Below are positions 55,705-63,966 of a stretch of DNA of 64,000 nt, one piece after another. The DNA is taken from IMG/VR virus record IMGVR_UViG_3300044700_000691, positions 124,001-188,000 of that record, one strand, 5' to 3'. The position numbers were made by a program, and so were the translations under genes. The notes below the pieces were generated by a model, which had not been told where the DNA came from, ran no database searches, and saw only the letters and a program-made list of their open reading frames with translations. How positions within the stretch are numbered: position 1 is the stretch's first letter; the number at the start of each line of letters is the position of its first letter.

Positions 55705-57135
55705 ATGCAAACAAAAGAACAATTAGACAAAGAGATTAAACGTCTTAATCTAGAGCAAAACGCTCTAAAAATCTTGATTAACTCGTTTTACGGAGCCTTC
55801 GGTAATAAGTATTTCTATTTTCACGATACAGATATTGCACAATCGATCACCCTACAAGGACAAGACCTTATTAAATTTTCAATTAAAGCAATTAATCACT
55901 ACTTTACAGAAAAGTGGCACCTTGATACAGAATTACATGAAAAGCTTGGCATATCCAATCTAAAGATTAATCAAGTTAAAGAAGAATCTGCAATTTATAC
56001 TGACACAGACTCATGTTATGTTAGTTTTCATCCAGCGATTAACTCAATCGAAGGTTTTCCTTTAAATGATACAGAAGCTCTTAAGTTTTGCTTGGCAATC
56101 AATCGCGAAAGACTAAGTGCCTATTTCAAAGCAGCCTTTCAAAAATATGCAACTGCATTTAATACTGATAATTGCCAAGAGTTTGAAATGGAAAATCTTT
56201 CTAGAGCCGCAATTTGGTGTGCTAAAAAGAAATACGTTCTTAAAGTAAGTTATGAAGACAATCCAGCTGAAGAGTTATCAGAAAAAGAAAGTCAAGTAGT
56301 AAAAGGTCTTGAAAAAGTTCAATCATCATATCCTATTTGGGCAAGAACCCATCTTGAAAAACTATACGACTTCTTTTTAGATCGCGGTTATGACTTAGAT
56401 CTTGAAGATGAGCTTATTCCTAAATTACAGGCCCTACGTGCTGAAATGGAAACTCTTTCGCCCGATGATATTTGTTTCTCGTTTTCTGTTCGTACCTATG
56501 ATAAGTATGTTAAGAGTGAACATCCTTTAAAATTAGATAAAGGTGTTCCAATTTATACTAGAGCTGCAGCTTATCATAATTTCATGTTAAAAGAAACAGG
56601 TAATATAAAATATAATCGTGTGCTAAGCGGTAAAGTTAAATTTTACTATGCTGCGCCCAATCCATACGAATTTGATATTTTTGCATTTTCTCCAGGAGTT
56701 TATCCAACTGAATTTGCTCTACCGATGGATAAAGATCAGCAGTTCTTTCGTTTAATTTGTGAACCTTTAAATAAGCTGCTTCTTGCAATGGGATTACCTC
56801 AAATTAATCCACAATTACGTCGTGCAATTGAAGTAGTTAAACACAGACCTAAAAAAGGTCAAGATATACAGTCTTTTCCGATTCATATCGTCGACTCTGA
56901 GACATTTGAAAATACCCTAGTTCCAGAGTCTCTTCAAGAGTTTATTGCAAATCCAGATTCAGCAATTCCACCTCAATTGATGCCACAATACTTAAGTATT
57001 GTATCTAAATATGGTTTAAATACAGTGGTTGTCCCAGATGCTGAACTTGCAAAATATATTGATAAAATTAAGAAAAAGAAAGCTACAAAAGCCGTTGTTG
57101 TCGAAGAAGATGAGATGGAGGAAGTAGAAGACTAA
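55705..57135 (+). CDS. gp43B: Family B DNA polymerase, C-terminal half (motifs B and C, thumb)
   Basis: QNALKILINSFYGAFG (motif B), SITLQGQ, IYTDTDSCY (motif C), KKKYVL, VKGLE..SS.P. Confidence 0.93.
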   Translation: MQTKEQLDKEIKRLNLEQNALKILINSFYGAFGNKYFYFHDTDIAQSITLQGQDLIKFSIKAINHYFTEKWHLDTELHEKLGISNLKINQVKEESAIYTDTDSCYVSFHPAINSIEGFPLNDTEALKFCLAINRERLSAYFKAAFQKYATAFNTDNCQEFEMENLSRAAIWCAKKKYVLKVSYEDNPAEELSEKESQVVKGLEKVQSSYPIWARTHLEKLYDFFLDRGYDLDLEDELIPKLQALRAEMETLSPDDICFSFSVRTYDKYVKSEHPLKLDKGVPIYTRAAAYHNFMLKETGNIKYNRVLSGKVKFYYAAPNPYEFDIFAFSPGVYPTEFALPMDKDQQFFRLICEPLNKLLLAMGLPQINPQLRRAIEVVKHRPKKGQDIQSFPIHIVDSETFENTLVPESLQEFIANPDSAIPPQLMPQYLSIVSKYGLNTVVVPDAELAKYIDKIKKKKATKAVVVEEDEMEEVED

Positions 57136-57139
57136 TTAA

Positions 57140-58246
57140 ATGGAGATAACTGAAGTTTCAAAGTTTGTAAAAAGTGTCATGAGCGCCAGATTTCCTGGCA
57201 TTCACGATAAACAGACTATTGATGAGAGCGATGGCAAATTAAATTTTGCATGTCCATTTTGCGGAGACTCTAAGGTTAAAGCTTCCAAAAAAAGAGGACA
57301 CCTCTATATGGAAACTAAAACCTATAAGTGTTTTAACGATGGTTGCATGGCATGGATGAGTCTTGCTGAATTTGTTGCAAGCCTAAGCAATCAATATGGA
57401 ATTATATCGTCTCTGTTCTTAGACGAAGCTGATCTTGATATTAATTACAAAAAAACTACTGAAAATCACCTTGTTAGATTCTTAACATCTAACAGAAAAG
57501 GTATGATTTCAATTAGTGATGTAATTAACCGTTTTTCGCTAAAGAGATTAGACCAAATTTCAGAAAATTCTGCTGCATATAGCTTTGCTCAATCTAGAGG
57601 CTTAACTAAAGTTAAAAACTTTGGCGATATTATGTATGCTGATGCAATGGATAATAAAGTTTATATTTTTAACTTTGATCACCGTTCTGGTAAAATTCTA
57701 GGCCTTGCAACTAGAAGTTTAGACCCATTTACCGATAGAAAATACCTGATTAAATCCTATAATGAGGTTTCTAAAATCTTTACAAATGGAGATACTCCAG
57801 AAATTATTGATGATGCCAATTATCTTAATAACTATTTTAATATCCTAAATGTTGATTTTACGCAGCCGCTAATGGTTGCAGAAGGTCAAATTGACTCAAT
57901 GTTTTTAAAGAACGGTTTAGCAACATCTGGTGTTTCCAAAGCTAAATCTATCTTAAAAGCAATGGGTGCAGTCGATATTAAAATTATATTTGACCGAGAC
58001 AAAGCCGGTAAAGATTCAATGCTAGCTTTTATTAAAGATGGATATTCTGTATTTTTATGGAATAGTTTAATGGATGAATTAAAGAAAAAGTTTCCAACTC
58101 AAATTATTAAGCTTTCAAAAATTAAAGATATTAATGACCTATTTCTTTTCCTAAATAAACAGGATCCATCATTTACAATTTCTCAATTTCAAGACTTAAT
58201 AGGTAAGCACTTTAGTAATTCAGTATATGATATAGTCTACCTATAA
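57140..58246 (+). CDS. gp61: DNA primase (gp61-like)
   Basis: Zinc finger FACPFCGDS..RGH..YKCFNDGC; TOPRIM VAEGQIDSMF, IIFDRDKAG and KDINDL. Confidence 0.92.
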   Translation: MEITEVSKFVKSVMSARFPGIHDKQTIDESDGKLNFACPFCGDSKVKASKKRGHLYMETKTYKCFNDGCMAWMSLAEFVASLSNQYGIISSLFLDEADLDINYKKTTENHLVRFLTSNRKGMISISDVINRFSLKRLDQISENSAAYSFAQSRGLTKVKNFGDIMYADAMDNKVYIFNFDHRSGKILGLATRSLDPFTDRKYLIKSYNEVSKIFTNGDTPEIIDDANYLNNYFNILNVDFTQPLMVAEGQIDSMFLKNGLATSGVSKAKSILKAMGAVDIKIIFDRDKAGKDSMLAFIKDGYSVFLWNSLMDELKKKFPTQIIKLSKIKDINDLFLFLNKQDPSFTISQFQDLIGKHFSNSVYDIVYL

Positions 58247-58249
58247 ATA
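58242..58249 (+). promoter_or_regulatory. T4 late promoter consensus TATAAATA
   Basis: Exact consensus 5 nt before the gp4 ATG. Confidence 0.6.
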
Positions 58250-58254
58250 TTAAT

Positions 58255-58767
58255 ATGAAAGATCCCAATCAAAAAAAGAATATAAAAACATTTCTTAAAC
58301 CTAGAATCGGCGGATCTGTTAAACAGGGGTATTTTAGACCTCAACAGCCAGATCGTTATATGGGCGATCCGGGTCAAATTATCTATCGATCCAGTTGGGA
58401 ATATAAATTTCTAAAATGGTTAGATTCAAGCCCGTCAGTTCTTAAGTATTCGTCTGAACCATTTGGTATTCCATACTATAATCCAATGGACAAGCGCGGT
58501 CATATTTACTATATTGATTTTTTTGTTAAATTAGCTGGGCCAACCGGTAACGAAGAAAATTGGTTAATTGAAGTTAAGCCAAACAAATATGTTTCGCCAC
58601 CAACTAAACCTAAACGCATGACAGATAAGCAAACTGCAAGTTATGTCTATGCAGCAAAGCAGTTTATTACAAATCAGGCAAAATTTGAAGCAGCCAGAGA
58701 CTATGCTGCACAAAAAGGAATTAAGTTTGGAATTATTACCGAAAACTTCTTGTTTAAAAGTTTGTAG
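58255..58767 (+). CDS. gp4: Head completion nuclease (gp4, TnsA-like)
   Basis: GYFRP..PDRYMGD..IIYRSSWE..SSEP..IPY..YYIDF..LIEVKP. Confidence 0.9.
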   Translation: MKDPNQKKNIKTFLKPRIGGSVKQGYFRPQQPDRYMGDPGQIIYRSSWEYKFLKWLDSSPSVLKYSSEPFGIPYYNPMDKRGHIYYIDFFVKLAGPTGNEENWLIEVKPNKYVSPPTKPKRMTDKQTASYVYAAKQFITNQAKFEAARDYAAQKGIKFGIITENFLFKSL

Positions 58768-58771
58768 AATA
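58742..58771 (+). promoter_or_regulatory. Putative early/middle promoter AAAAC-N17-GTAGAATA
   Basis: Overlaps the gp4 end, 5 nt before ATG 58777. Confidence 0.45.
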
Positions 58772-58776
58772 TAAAG

Positions 58777-59442
58777 ATGATAAAAACAACATTTAGTTCC
58801 CAAATAGACGATTTTAGAAGTAAAGGTGAAAAACTAGAGGATCCTTTCTTTAGCGAACTTTCGCCATTACCAGACTCAGTTTTTATTCCAGCTCATATCT
58901 ATACTTTCTTTGCCTTACCAGTTGACGATCAACAAATCCCAACGGCTGATCAATATCTTGATGCAAAGGCAATGACTAACTATTCAATTAAGCGACCTTA
59001 TTATGACCAGAGACCAATCGGCATCTGTTTAGCAAATGACGCAGAGTCTGTTACCATATTAAATCTTAAAATAATGCCATTAGGGGCTACCCAAGTTATC
59101 CTGAATATACTCTGGCAGACTCTTAATAGTATCATACGTAAATCATATGATGATAAAGGACAATTCATCAATGATACCCGAAAGTTATATCAACTTCCTG
59201 AATATGCCCCACTTATGGGATTTAATTCAAATCCATTTGCAATGGTGGATCTTTTTCAAAACGCGAGCGGCGGAAAATTTAACGTGCGTTACGCAGTAAA
59301 TAAATATCAAAAAGAAGCTATTACCAATCCAAAGCTTATACCCTTTCACCTGGTACCCAGAATTGCTCAAACTAATATTTTTGACGGCATTCAGACAAGA
59401 TCAATAAGCATGGAATCAGTAATATCACAATTTAACGCATAA
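58777..59442 (+). CDS. gp2: DNA end protector (gp2-like)
   Basis: HIYTFF..PYYDQRPI..ILNLKIMP pattern, adjacent to gp4. Confidence 0.6.
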   Translation: MIKTTFSSQIDDFRSKGEKLEDPFFSELSPLPDSVFIPAHIYTFFALPVDDQQIPTADQYLDAKAMTNYSIKRPYYDQRPIGICLANDAESVTILNLKIMPLGATQVILNILWQTLNSIIRKSYDDKGQFINDTRKLYQLPEYAPLMGFNSNPFAMVDLFQNASGGKFNVRYAVNKYQKEAITNPKLIPFHLVPRIAQTNIFDGIQTRSISMESVISQFNA

Positions 59443-59444
59443 TT

Positions 59445-61154
59445 ATGGCAGGATTTCTAGACAATATCGGCTTAGGAGGACTTAAATCAAGACTATCAGA
59501 TTTAAGCCGAGTTGGTATGAAGTACGAGGATCTTTTAATTAAGAACTCACAATCGATAGGTTTTATTGAAAGTCAATTAATGCAAGCTCGAGGCAGTGTT
59601 TTACCAGGAGGTCAGACTGACTCTTTAGCAAGAGCAACTATGGCAATCTCAGATACAACATCTGCTCTTAGAACTAAAGCTATTGCATTTTTCCAATTGG
59701 ATTATGCAACAAAACGCGAAAGACTTAGAGACCTTGCATCAAATGGTGAAATTGAATTTGTAATTGAGTCTATTACAGACGACGTTATTGTATTTGATGA
59801 AGATAACAGATTTGCTTATCCAAATGACCTAGTTGGCGAAATGCTCTACAAAGGTAAAAACAAAGAGCAGCGTCTTAAATATCAAGAGAAAGTTATTGAC
59901 AAATACAATGAAAACTTTGAAAAAATCTACAATGCATGGGGTTTCAACGAAGGAATTTCAGCATGGCAGTATTTCTTTCAATGGTTAATTGAAGGTCACT
60001 TAGCATTTGAAATTCTCTATGATGACTTACAAAATCCAAGAGAAATTATTGGATTTAAGGAGATTGACCCTTCTACACTATATCCACAAATTAAAAAGGA
60101 TGCAGCTGGAAAGATCTTTTTAGAATGGGCACAAAAAGTTCCTGGCGAATCTAAAGTAAGAACACTTACTGATTCTCAGGTTTTATACCTATCATATTCA
60201 AACCACTTTAGAACAAAACGTATCTCGTTTGTTGAAAGAATGGTTAGATCATTTAACTTAATGCGTGTTATTGAACACTCTAAAGTTATTTGGCATACAA
60301 TGAACGCTCCGATTCGTTTAACAACTAAAGTTCCAATTGGAAGTAAGTCACTAAACAAAGCAAAAGAAGATGTTCGTGAATTTGCAAACCAATTAAAAGA
60401 AGATATTTTCTTTGATACTAATACTGGTGAAATTCAGGTAGACGGTCGTCCAAATCTACTATTCTACAAGAATTATATTTTACCAGTTAATGACCAAAAC
60501 CAGTCAATTGAAATTGCACCACTAGAATACGCAGGTCCTAATATGTCTGGCTCTGAACTTCTTAACTACTTTAAAGAAAAGTTAAAGATGGATTCAAAAA
60601 TCCCTTATTCACGATGGGATTCAGCAAATGGCTCAGGTCAATATACAATGAATGCTGAAGGTATTCGTCGAGAAGAGATTCGTTATAATAAATTTGTAAC
60701 GCGTTTGCGCTCTGCATTTAAGGAACTTTTAACTAAGCCTCTATATTTACAAATGTGTCTTGATTTTAAAGACTTAAAAGATGATTATCGTTTTAAAAAT
60801 GCAGTTGGTATTAACTGGCATGATGATAACGTCTTTGAAGAAATTAAACAACAGGACTTACTTAATAAACGTCTTGCAACAATTAACGCTCTTAAAGGAG
60901 TTGTTGATGATGAAGGCAAACCATACTTCTCTACTGAATACTTGGTTAAAGAGTATTTACGTATGAGTGATGAAGATCTTCAAAAGAATAGAGACTATAT
61001 GAATCAAACTCCAACTGGAGAAGGCGAAGCTGGAGAAGCAGCCGCACCTGGAGCTGCTCCTGAAGCAGGTACTGCACCGGAAGGTGGAGCTGGCGCTGAA
61101 GCCGCAGCTGGCAAAGAAACTGCATCTGAATTAGGCGCGCCTGGAGCTCTATAA
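59445..61154 (+). CDS. gp20: Portal vertex protein (gp20)
   Basis: EIEFVIESITDD, WLIEGHLAF, RISFVE, EDIFF, LKMDSKIPYSR, IRREEIRYNKFVTRLRSAF and F.EIKQ.DLL..RL. Confidence 0.92.
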   Translation: MAGFLDNIGLGGLKSRLSDLSRVGMKYEDLLIKNSQSIGFIESQLMQARGSVLPGGQTDSLARATMAISDTTSALRTKAIAFFQLDYATKRERLRDLASNGEIEFVIESITDDVIVFDEDNRFAYPNDLVGEMLYKGKNKEQRLKYQEKVIDKYNENFEKIYNAWGFNEGISAWQYFFQWLIEGHLAFEILYDDLQNPREIIGFKEIDPSTLYPQIKKDAAGKIFLEWAQKVPGESKVRTLTDSQVLYLSYSNHFRTKRISFVERMVRSFNLMRVIEHSKVIWHTMNAPIRLTTKVPIGSKSLNKAKEDVREFANQLKEDIFFDTNTGEIQVDGRPNLLFYKNYILPVNDQNQSIEIAPLEYAGPNMSGSELLNYFKEKLKMDSKIPYSRWDSANGSGQYTMNAEGIRREEIRYNKFVTRLRSAFKELLTKPLYLQMCLDFKDLKDDYRFKNAVGINWHDDNVFEEIKQQDLLNKRLATINALKGVVDDEGKPYFSTEYLVKEYLRMSDEDLQKNRDYMNQTPTGEGEAGEAAAPGAAPEAGTAPEGGAGAEAAAGKETASELGAPGAL

Positions 61155-61172
61155 TAACTAACAATTTTTCAT

Positions 61173-61200
61173 AAAAAAAGCCGCAATTTGCGGCTTTTTC
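61173..61200. terminator. Bidirectional intrinsic terminator
   Basis: AAAAAGCCGCA-ATT-TGCGGCTTTTT between the convergent portal and gp25-like genes. Confidence 0.85.
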
Positions 61201-61217
61201 TTTTTATATCGAGTCCG

Positions 61218-61595
61218 TTATTTGTATGCAATAACAAATCTAGCCTTACCATCAATTGTTAATAATAGGTGTATAGAATCTTTAAATTGATCTATTCCGT
61301 CTGGTACAAGATAAGCCTTAACTTCAAAGTTTCTATTCTTTAATAGTGAACAATATTGTTTTAATTGGTAGCGTACGCCGATTTCTAATCCAGCTAAATC
61401 TACTGAGTCTGAAAAATCAAATAAGAACGACTCTTCATCTACTCCATAATCGGACCCACCGAGTACAGTTTTAGTTGGAGTTAATAGCGTCATTTTAATT
61501 TGAGCCAATAACACCTGTAATTCTTCCCTTTCAATAAATGAAAGTTCTTCGTATCCTGGATCGTTTTCGTGTTTTAAGTAAATATCAGTAATCAT
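61218..61595 (-). CDS. gp25: Baseplate wedge subunit gp25-like
   Basis: QIKMTLLTP..VLG..DYGVD..FLF gp25/GPW pattern; 125 aa. Confidence 0.7.
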   Translation of the reverse strand: MITDIYLKHENDPGYEELSFIEREELQVLLAQIKMTLLTPTKTVLGGSDYGVDEESFLFDFSDSVDLAGLEIGVRYQLKQYCSLLKNRNFEVKAYLVPDGIDQFKDSIHLLLTIDGKARFVIAYK

Positions 61596-61596
61596 A

Positions 61597-62331
61597 TTAG
61601 AATCTCATTGTATACATCCAACCGGCAGAGTTTTCGCCTTTAATTGCTTCCAAAACAGCTGCCATTTCAGTATCAGCCTTTGTTACTAGGTTGGTGTAAT
61701 TTATTTTAACATCTCCAGGTAGTACATAGTCAAATGTAGTAATCATTTCCCCAAGTCTCTGTTTAGACTTTGCTCTGCAATAGCGTTGAAACATTTCATC
61801 TTCATATAGATTAGATGGATCAATTTTCTTAGCAACTTCTAGCACAGCGCCTCTCTTAGGGGTTCTGCCAAGAACAGTTATTTGTTTAGTGTTTTTGTTA
61901 TAATCATATGCAATTGTATCTAACAGAAAGGCTTTAGTTAAATCCAGGAATGAAAACATTACTGTTCTATACATTAAAGATTCTCCAACAAACGGTGTTA
62001 AGAAAGTTTCGGCTCCAATAAATTTGTTTTCGCCAAAGTCTCTATCCACTGTTGAAAATACTGAAGCTCCAGTCGGCTCAACTGCTTTGTGAACAAATTG
62101 TACGCAATCTGGTAAAGTAATAGTACGGCTTGCTTTAAATTGAGCAGCACTAAACACATCAATTGGAATTTGCAAATACGCTTTATCTAGAGCATATTGC
62201 CAATTATCATAGAAGAAAACCTCAGCATTCTTTATAACCCTTTCTACTTCTTTGGTTGGAAGTTGATAGGGAAGGGCTCCTGAAAAAGTTACTTCATCAA
62301 TAATATCTGATATTAATTCTTGTCTAGTCAC
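61597..62331 (-). CDS. gp13: Neck protein gp13-like
   Basis: GALPYQL..VERVI.NA..FFYD at the N-terminus; YCRAKSKQRLG..LPGDVKINY at the C-terminus. Confidence 0.85.
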   Translation of the reverse strand: MTRQELISDIIDEVTFSGALPYQLPTKEVERVIKNAEVFFYDNWQYALDKAYLQIPIDVFSAAQFKASRTITLPDCVQFVHKAVEPTGASVFSTVDRDFGENKFIGAETFLTPFVGESLMYRTVMFSFLDLTKAFLLDTIAYDYNKNTKQITVLGRTPKRGAVLEVAKKIDPSNLYEDEMFQRYCRAKSKQRLGEMITTFDYVLPGDVKINYTNLVTKADTEMAAVLEAIKGENSAGWMYTMRF

Positions 62332-62350
62332 GCAGTTTGCGTTATTTTAA

Positions 62351-62578
62351 TTAGGCAGTTGGTGCCTGTGCAGCAGCCATTTTAGCAGCTTCTGCTTTCT
62401 TTTTATCCTCTTCGGTTTTTGCAGCAGTAGCATCAGCAATTTTTAATTTAATTGCATCAAGTTCTTTTTGAGAATCTAGTACCTTTTGCATAGCAGTTGC
62501 TTCTTGTTGGTTTAACGCAACTAGGTCTGCTGAAGCATCTTCATTTAGACCAAAGTAGTTTTGAAATGACTTAATCAT
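62351..62578 (-). CDS. Small coiled-coil protein with N-terminal targeting-like motif
   Basis: MIKSFQNYFGLNE-DA; late promoter 20 nt upstream. Confidence 0.75.
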   Translation of the reverse strand: MIKSFQNYFGLNEDASADLVALNQQEATAMQKVLDSQKELDAIKLKIADATAAKTEEDKKKAEAAKMAAAQAPTA

Positions 62579-62597
62579 TTTATTGTAGTTCTTTTTG

Positions 62598-63941
62598 TTA
62601 TTTATCGGAAATATAGTCCGAAAAAGTTTTTATACGGGTTGTGCCAGAACCAGGATTTGCTCCAAGTTCTTGACGACTTGCTTTATATGAACCCCATTGA
62701 GATGGTACGCGAATAGTTCCGGAAACTCGTTGTGGATTTCTTTCCGGTTGCAGGTCATCCATATCTGGATTGCTTTTCGTGCGGTCTCTGAATAACTCTG
62801 GTGTTAGCAGGTCCTCTTCAATCTTTCCACCTAATATCATCCATACCTTTTTAGGGTCCTTTCCTTCAGGGATCCCCTGTGAAAAGCTATCAAAGTCTTG
62901 TGCTAACCAAAACTCTCTCATTAGAGTGCCAGATACGCCATCTTCATCTCCGTCTGCACCAGAGTTTCCTCCAAATTCAGGGCGTTCAGTTTCTATTCTA
63001 TTAATTTTAGAAATTGAGCCTTGCCATTTTTCCATAGCAGCCCATCTGGGCATATCCTCATCTGTAGCATAAAGATTAACTACCGTATTTGGTGCATATT
63101 GTGTTTGGCCAAGAGCTTCAACAAATTCATATCCACTTCTGACTGGAGTAACGTTTGATAGGTGCAATTCAACATTATCAAAGTCTTCTAAATAGTAATC
63201 TAATACATCCATTGCAGATTTGCCGCTAATTCCAGCCATTTCTGTCTTGGAAATAAACACATGTACCTCGTCGTTTTCTTCTGCAATTTTTGCAATTGCA
63301 TCATAGTGACCGGCATGTGGTGGTTTAAATTTACCACTAAATATTCCGACGGTTTTAATATTTAATTTTGGAACTTGAGTACGACCAATTTTTCTGGTCT
63401 TCATTGTAATTTCTGCAAACTCAGTCTCTAGACTCTTTGCAAGTGCTAGGTTTTTGCGATCATCATCATAAAAAGTAAAATGAGTAAAGCCTTTTGCCAT
63501 TAGTTTACGAAAGGCTTCTTTTTTCTTTTCTGCAATAGTGCCGTCGAATCCAAATTCTGGATCACTTACTGCATAAATTAGGTTGGGGTGAATATCTATA
63601 CCGTGGGATAATAGAAATTCTCTGACTAGTTTCTTATTATCTCTAGCTGTAATAATCCCGACAGCAGTCCCGGATTCGTATGCAGAACGTAATATGTTAA
63701 GTACCCATTCAACTAATCTTCCAGCCTTTAAAATATTAGCATCATTGAATTGGGTATAGTTAACCTCATGATGAGGTTCCTTTTCATAATCGTTAAACTC
63801 CTGTGGAGTAAGATCAAATTTCTCGCCAGTCAAGGCATCCTTAACAAGGATCTTTGCATTGGTAACAACTAGCGTGTCATCCAAATCAAATACGATAATT
63901 GAATTGTCTCTAGAAAATGCCATTTCGTTTACTGTTTGCAC
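62598..63941 (-). CDS. HAD phosphatase fused to HxGH nucleotidyltransferase (cytidylyltransferase/NMNAT-like fold)
   Basis: IVFDLDDTL..IITAR..KK..FYDDD, then IFSGKFKPPHAGH..SGTLMR; C-terminal RIKTFSDYISDK. Confidence 0.8.
   Translation of the reverse strand: MQTVNEMAFSRDNSIIVFDLDDTLVVTNAKILVKDALTGEKFDLTPQEFNDYEKEPHHEVNYTQFNDANILKAGRLVEWVLNILRSAYESGTAVGIITARDNKKLVREFLLSHGIDIHPNLIYAVSDPEFGFDGTIAEKKKEAFRKLMAKGFTHFTFYDDDRKNLALAKSLETEFAEITMKTRKIGRTQVPKLNIKTVGIFSGKFKPPHAGHYDAIAKIAEENDEVHVFISKTEMAGISGKSAMDVLDYYLEDFDNVELHLSNVTPVRSGYEFVEALGQTQYAPNTVVNLYATDEDMPRWAAMEKWQGSISKINRIETERPEFGGNSGADGDEDGVSGTLMREFWLAQDFDSFSQGIPEGKDPKKVWMILGGKIEEDLLTPELFRDRTKSNPDMDDLQPERNPQRVSGTIRVPSQWGSYKASRQELGANPGSGTTRIKTFSDYISDK
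62599..62606 (-). promoter_or_regulatory. Late promoter-like GATAAATA
   Basis: 20 nt upstream of ATG 62578. Confidence 0.6.
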
Positions 63942-63958
63942 TGGCCATTATTTTTTAT

Positions 63959-63966
63959 TATTTATT
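63959..63966 (-). promoter_or_regulatory. Late promoter-like AATAAATA
   Basis: 17 nt upstream of GTG 63941. Confidence 0.55.

Noticed and set aside
16057-57135. Split intein or trans-splicing as the explanation for the two polymerase pieces
   Set aside because: There is no Cys/Ser-initiated IntN after the N-half and no His-Asn-Cys/Ser/Thr IntC junction in the C-half; both ends are native fingers-helix sequence.
427-62770. Many shorter overlapping or antisense ORFs in the track (e.g. 427-711, 1141-1479, 11060-11590, 15419-15769, 28093-28407, 54133-54531, 62770-63072)
   Set aside because: They lie inside well-supported genes, show no recognisable motifs and have typical shadow-frame composition.
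63910-63948. 12-codon ORF (MASANSKRNGIF) overlapping the start of the HAD-NTase gene, as a possible frameshift
   Set aside because: The GTG at 63941 has normal promoter spacing and gives a sensible N-terminus; there is no slippery site or other support.
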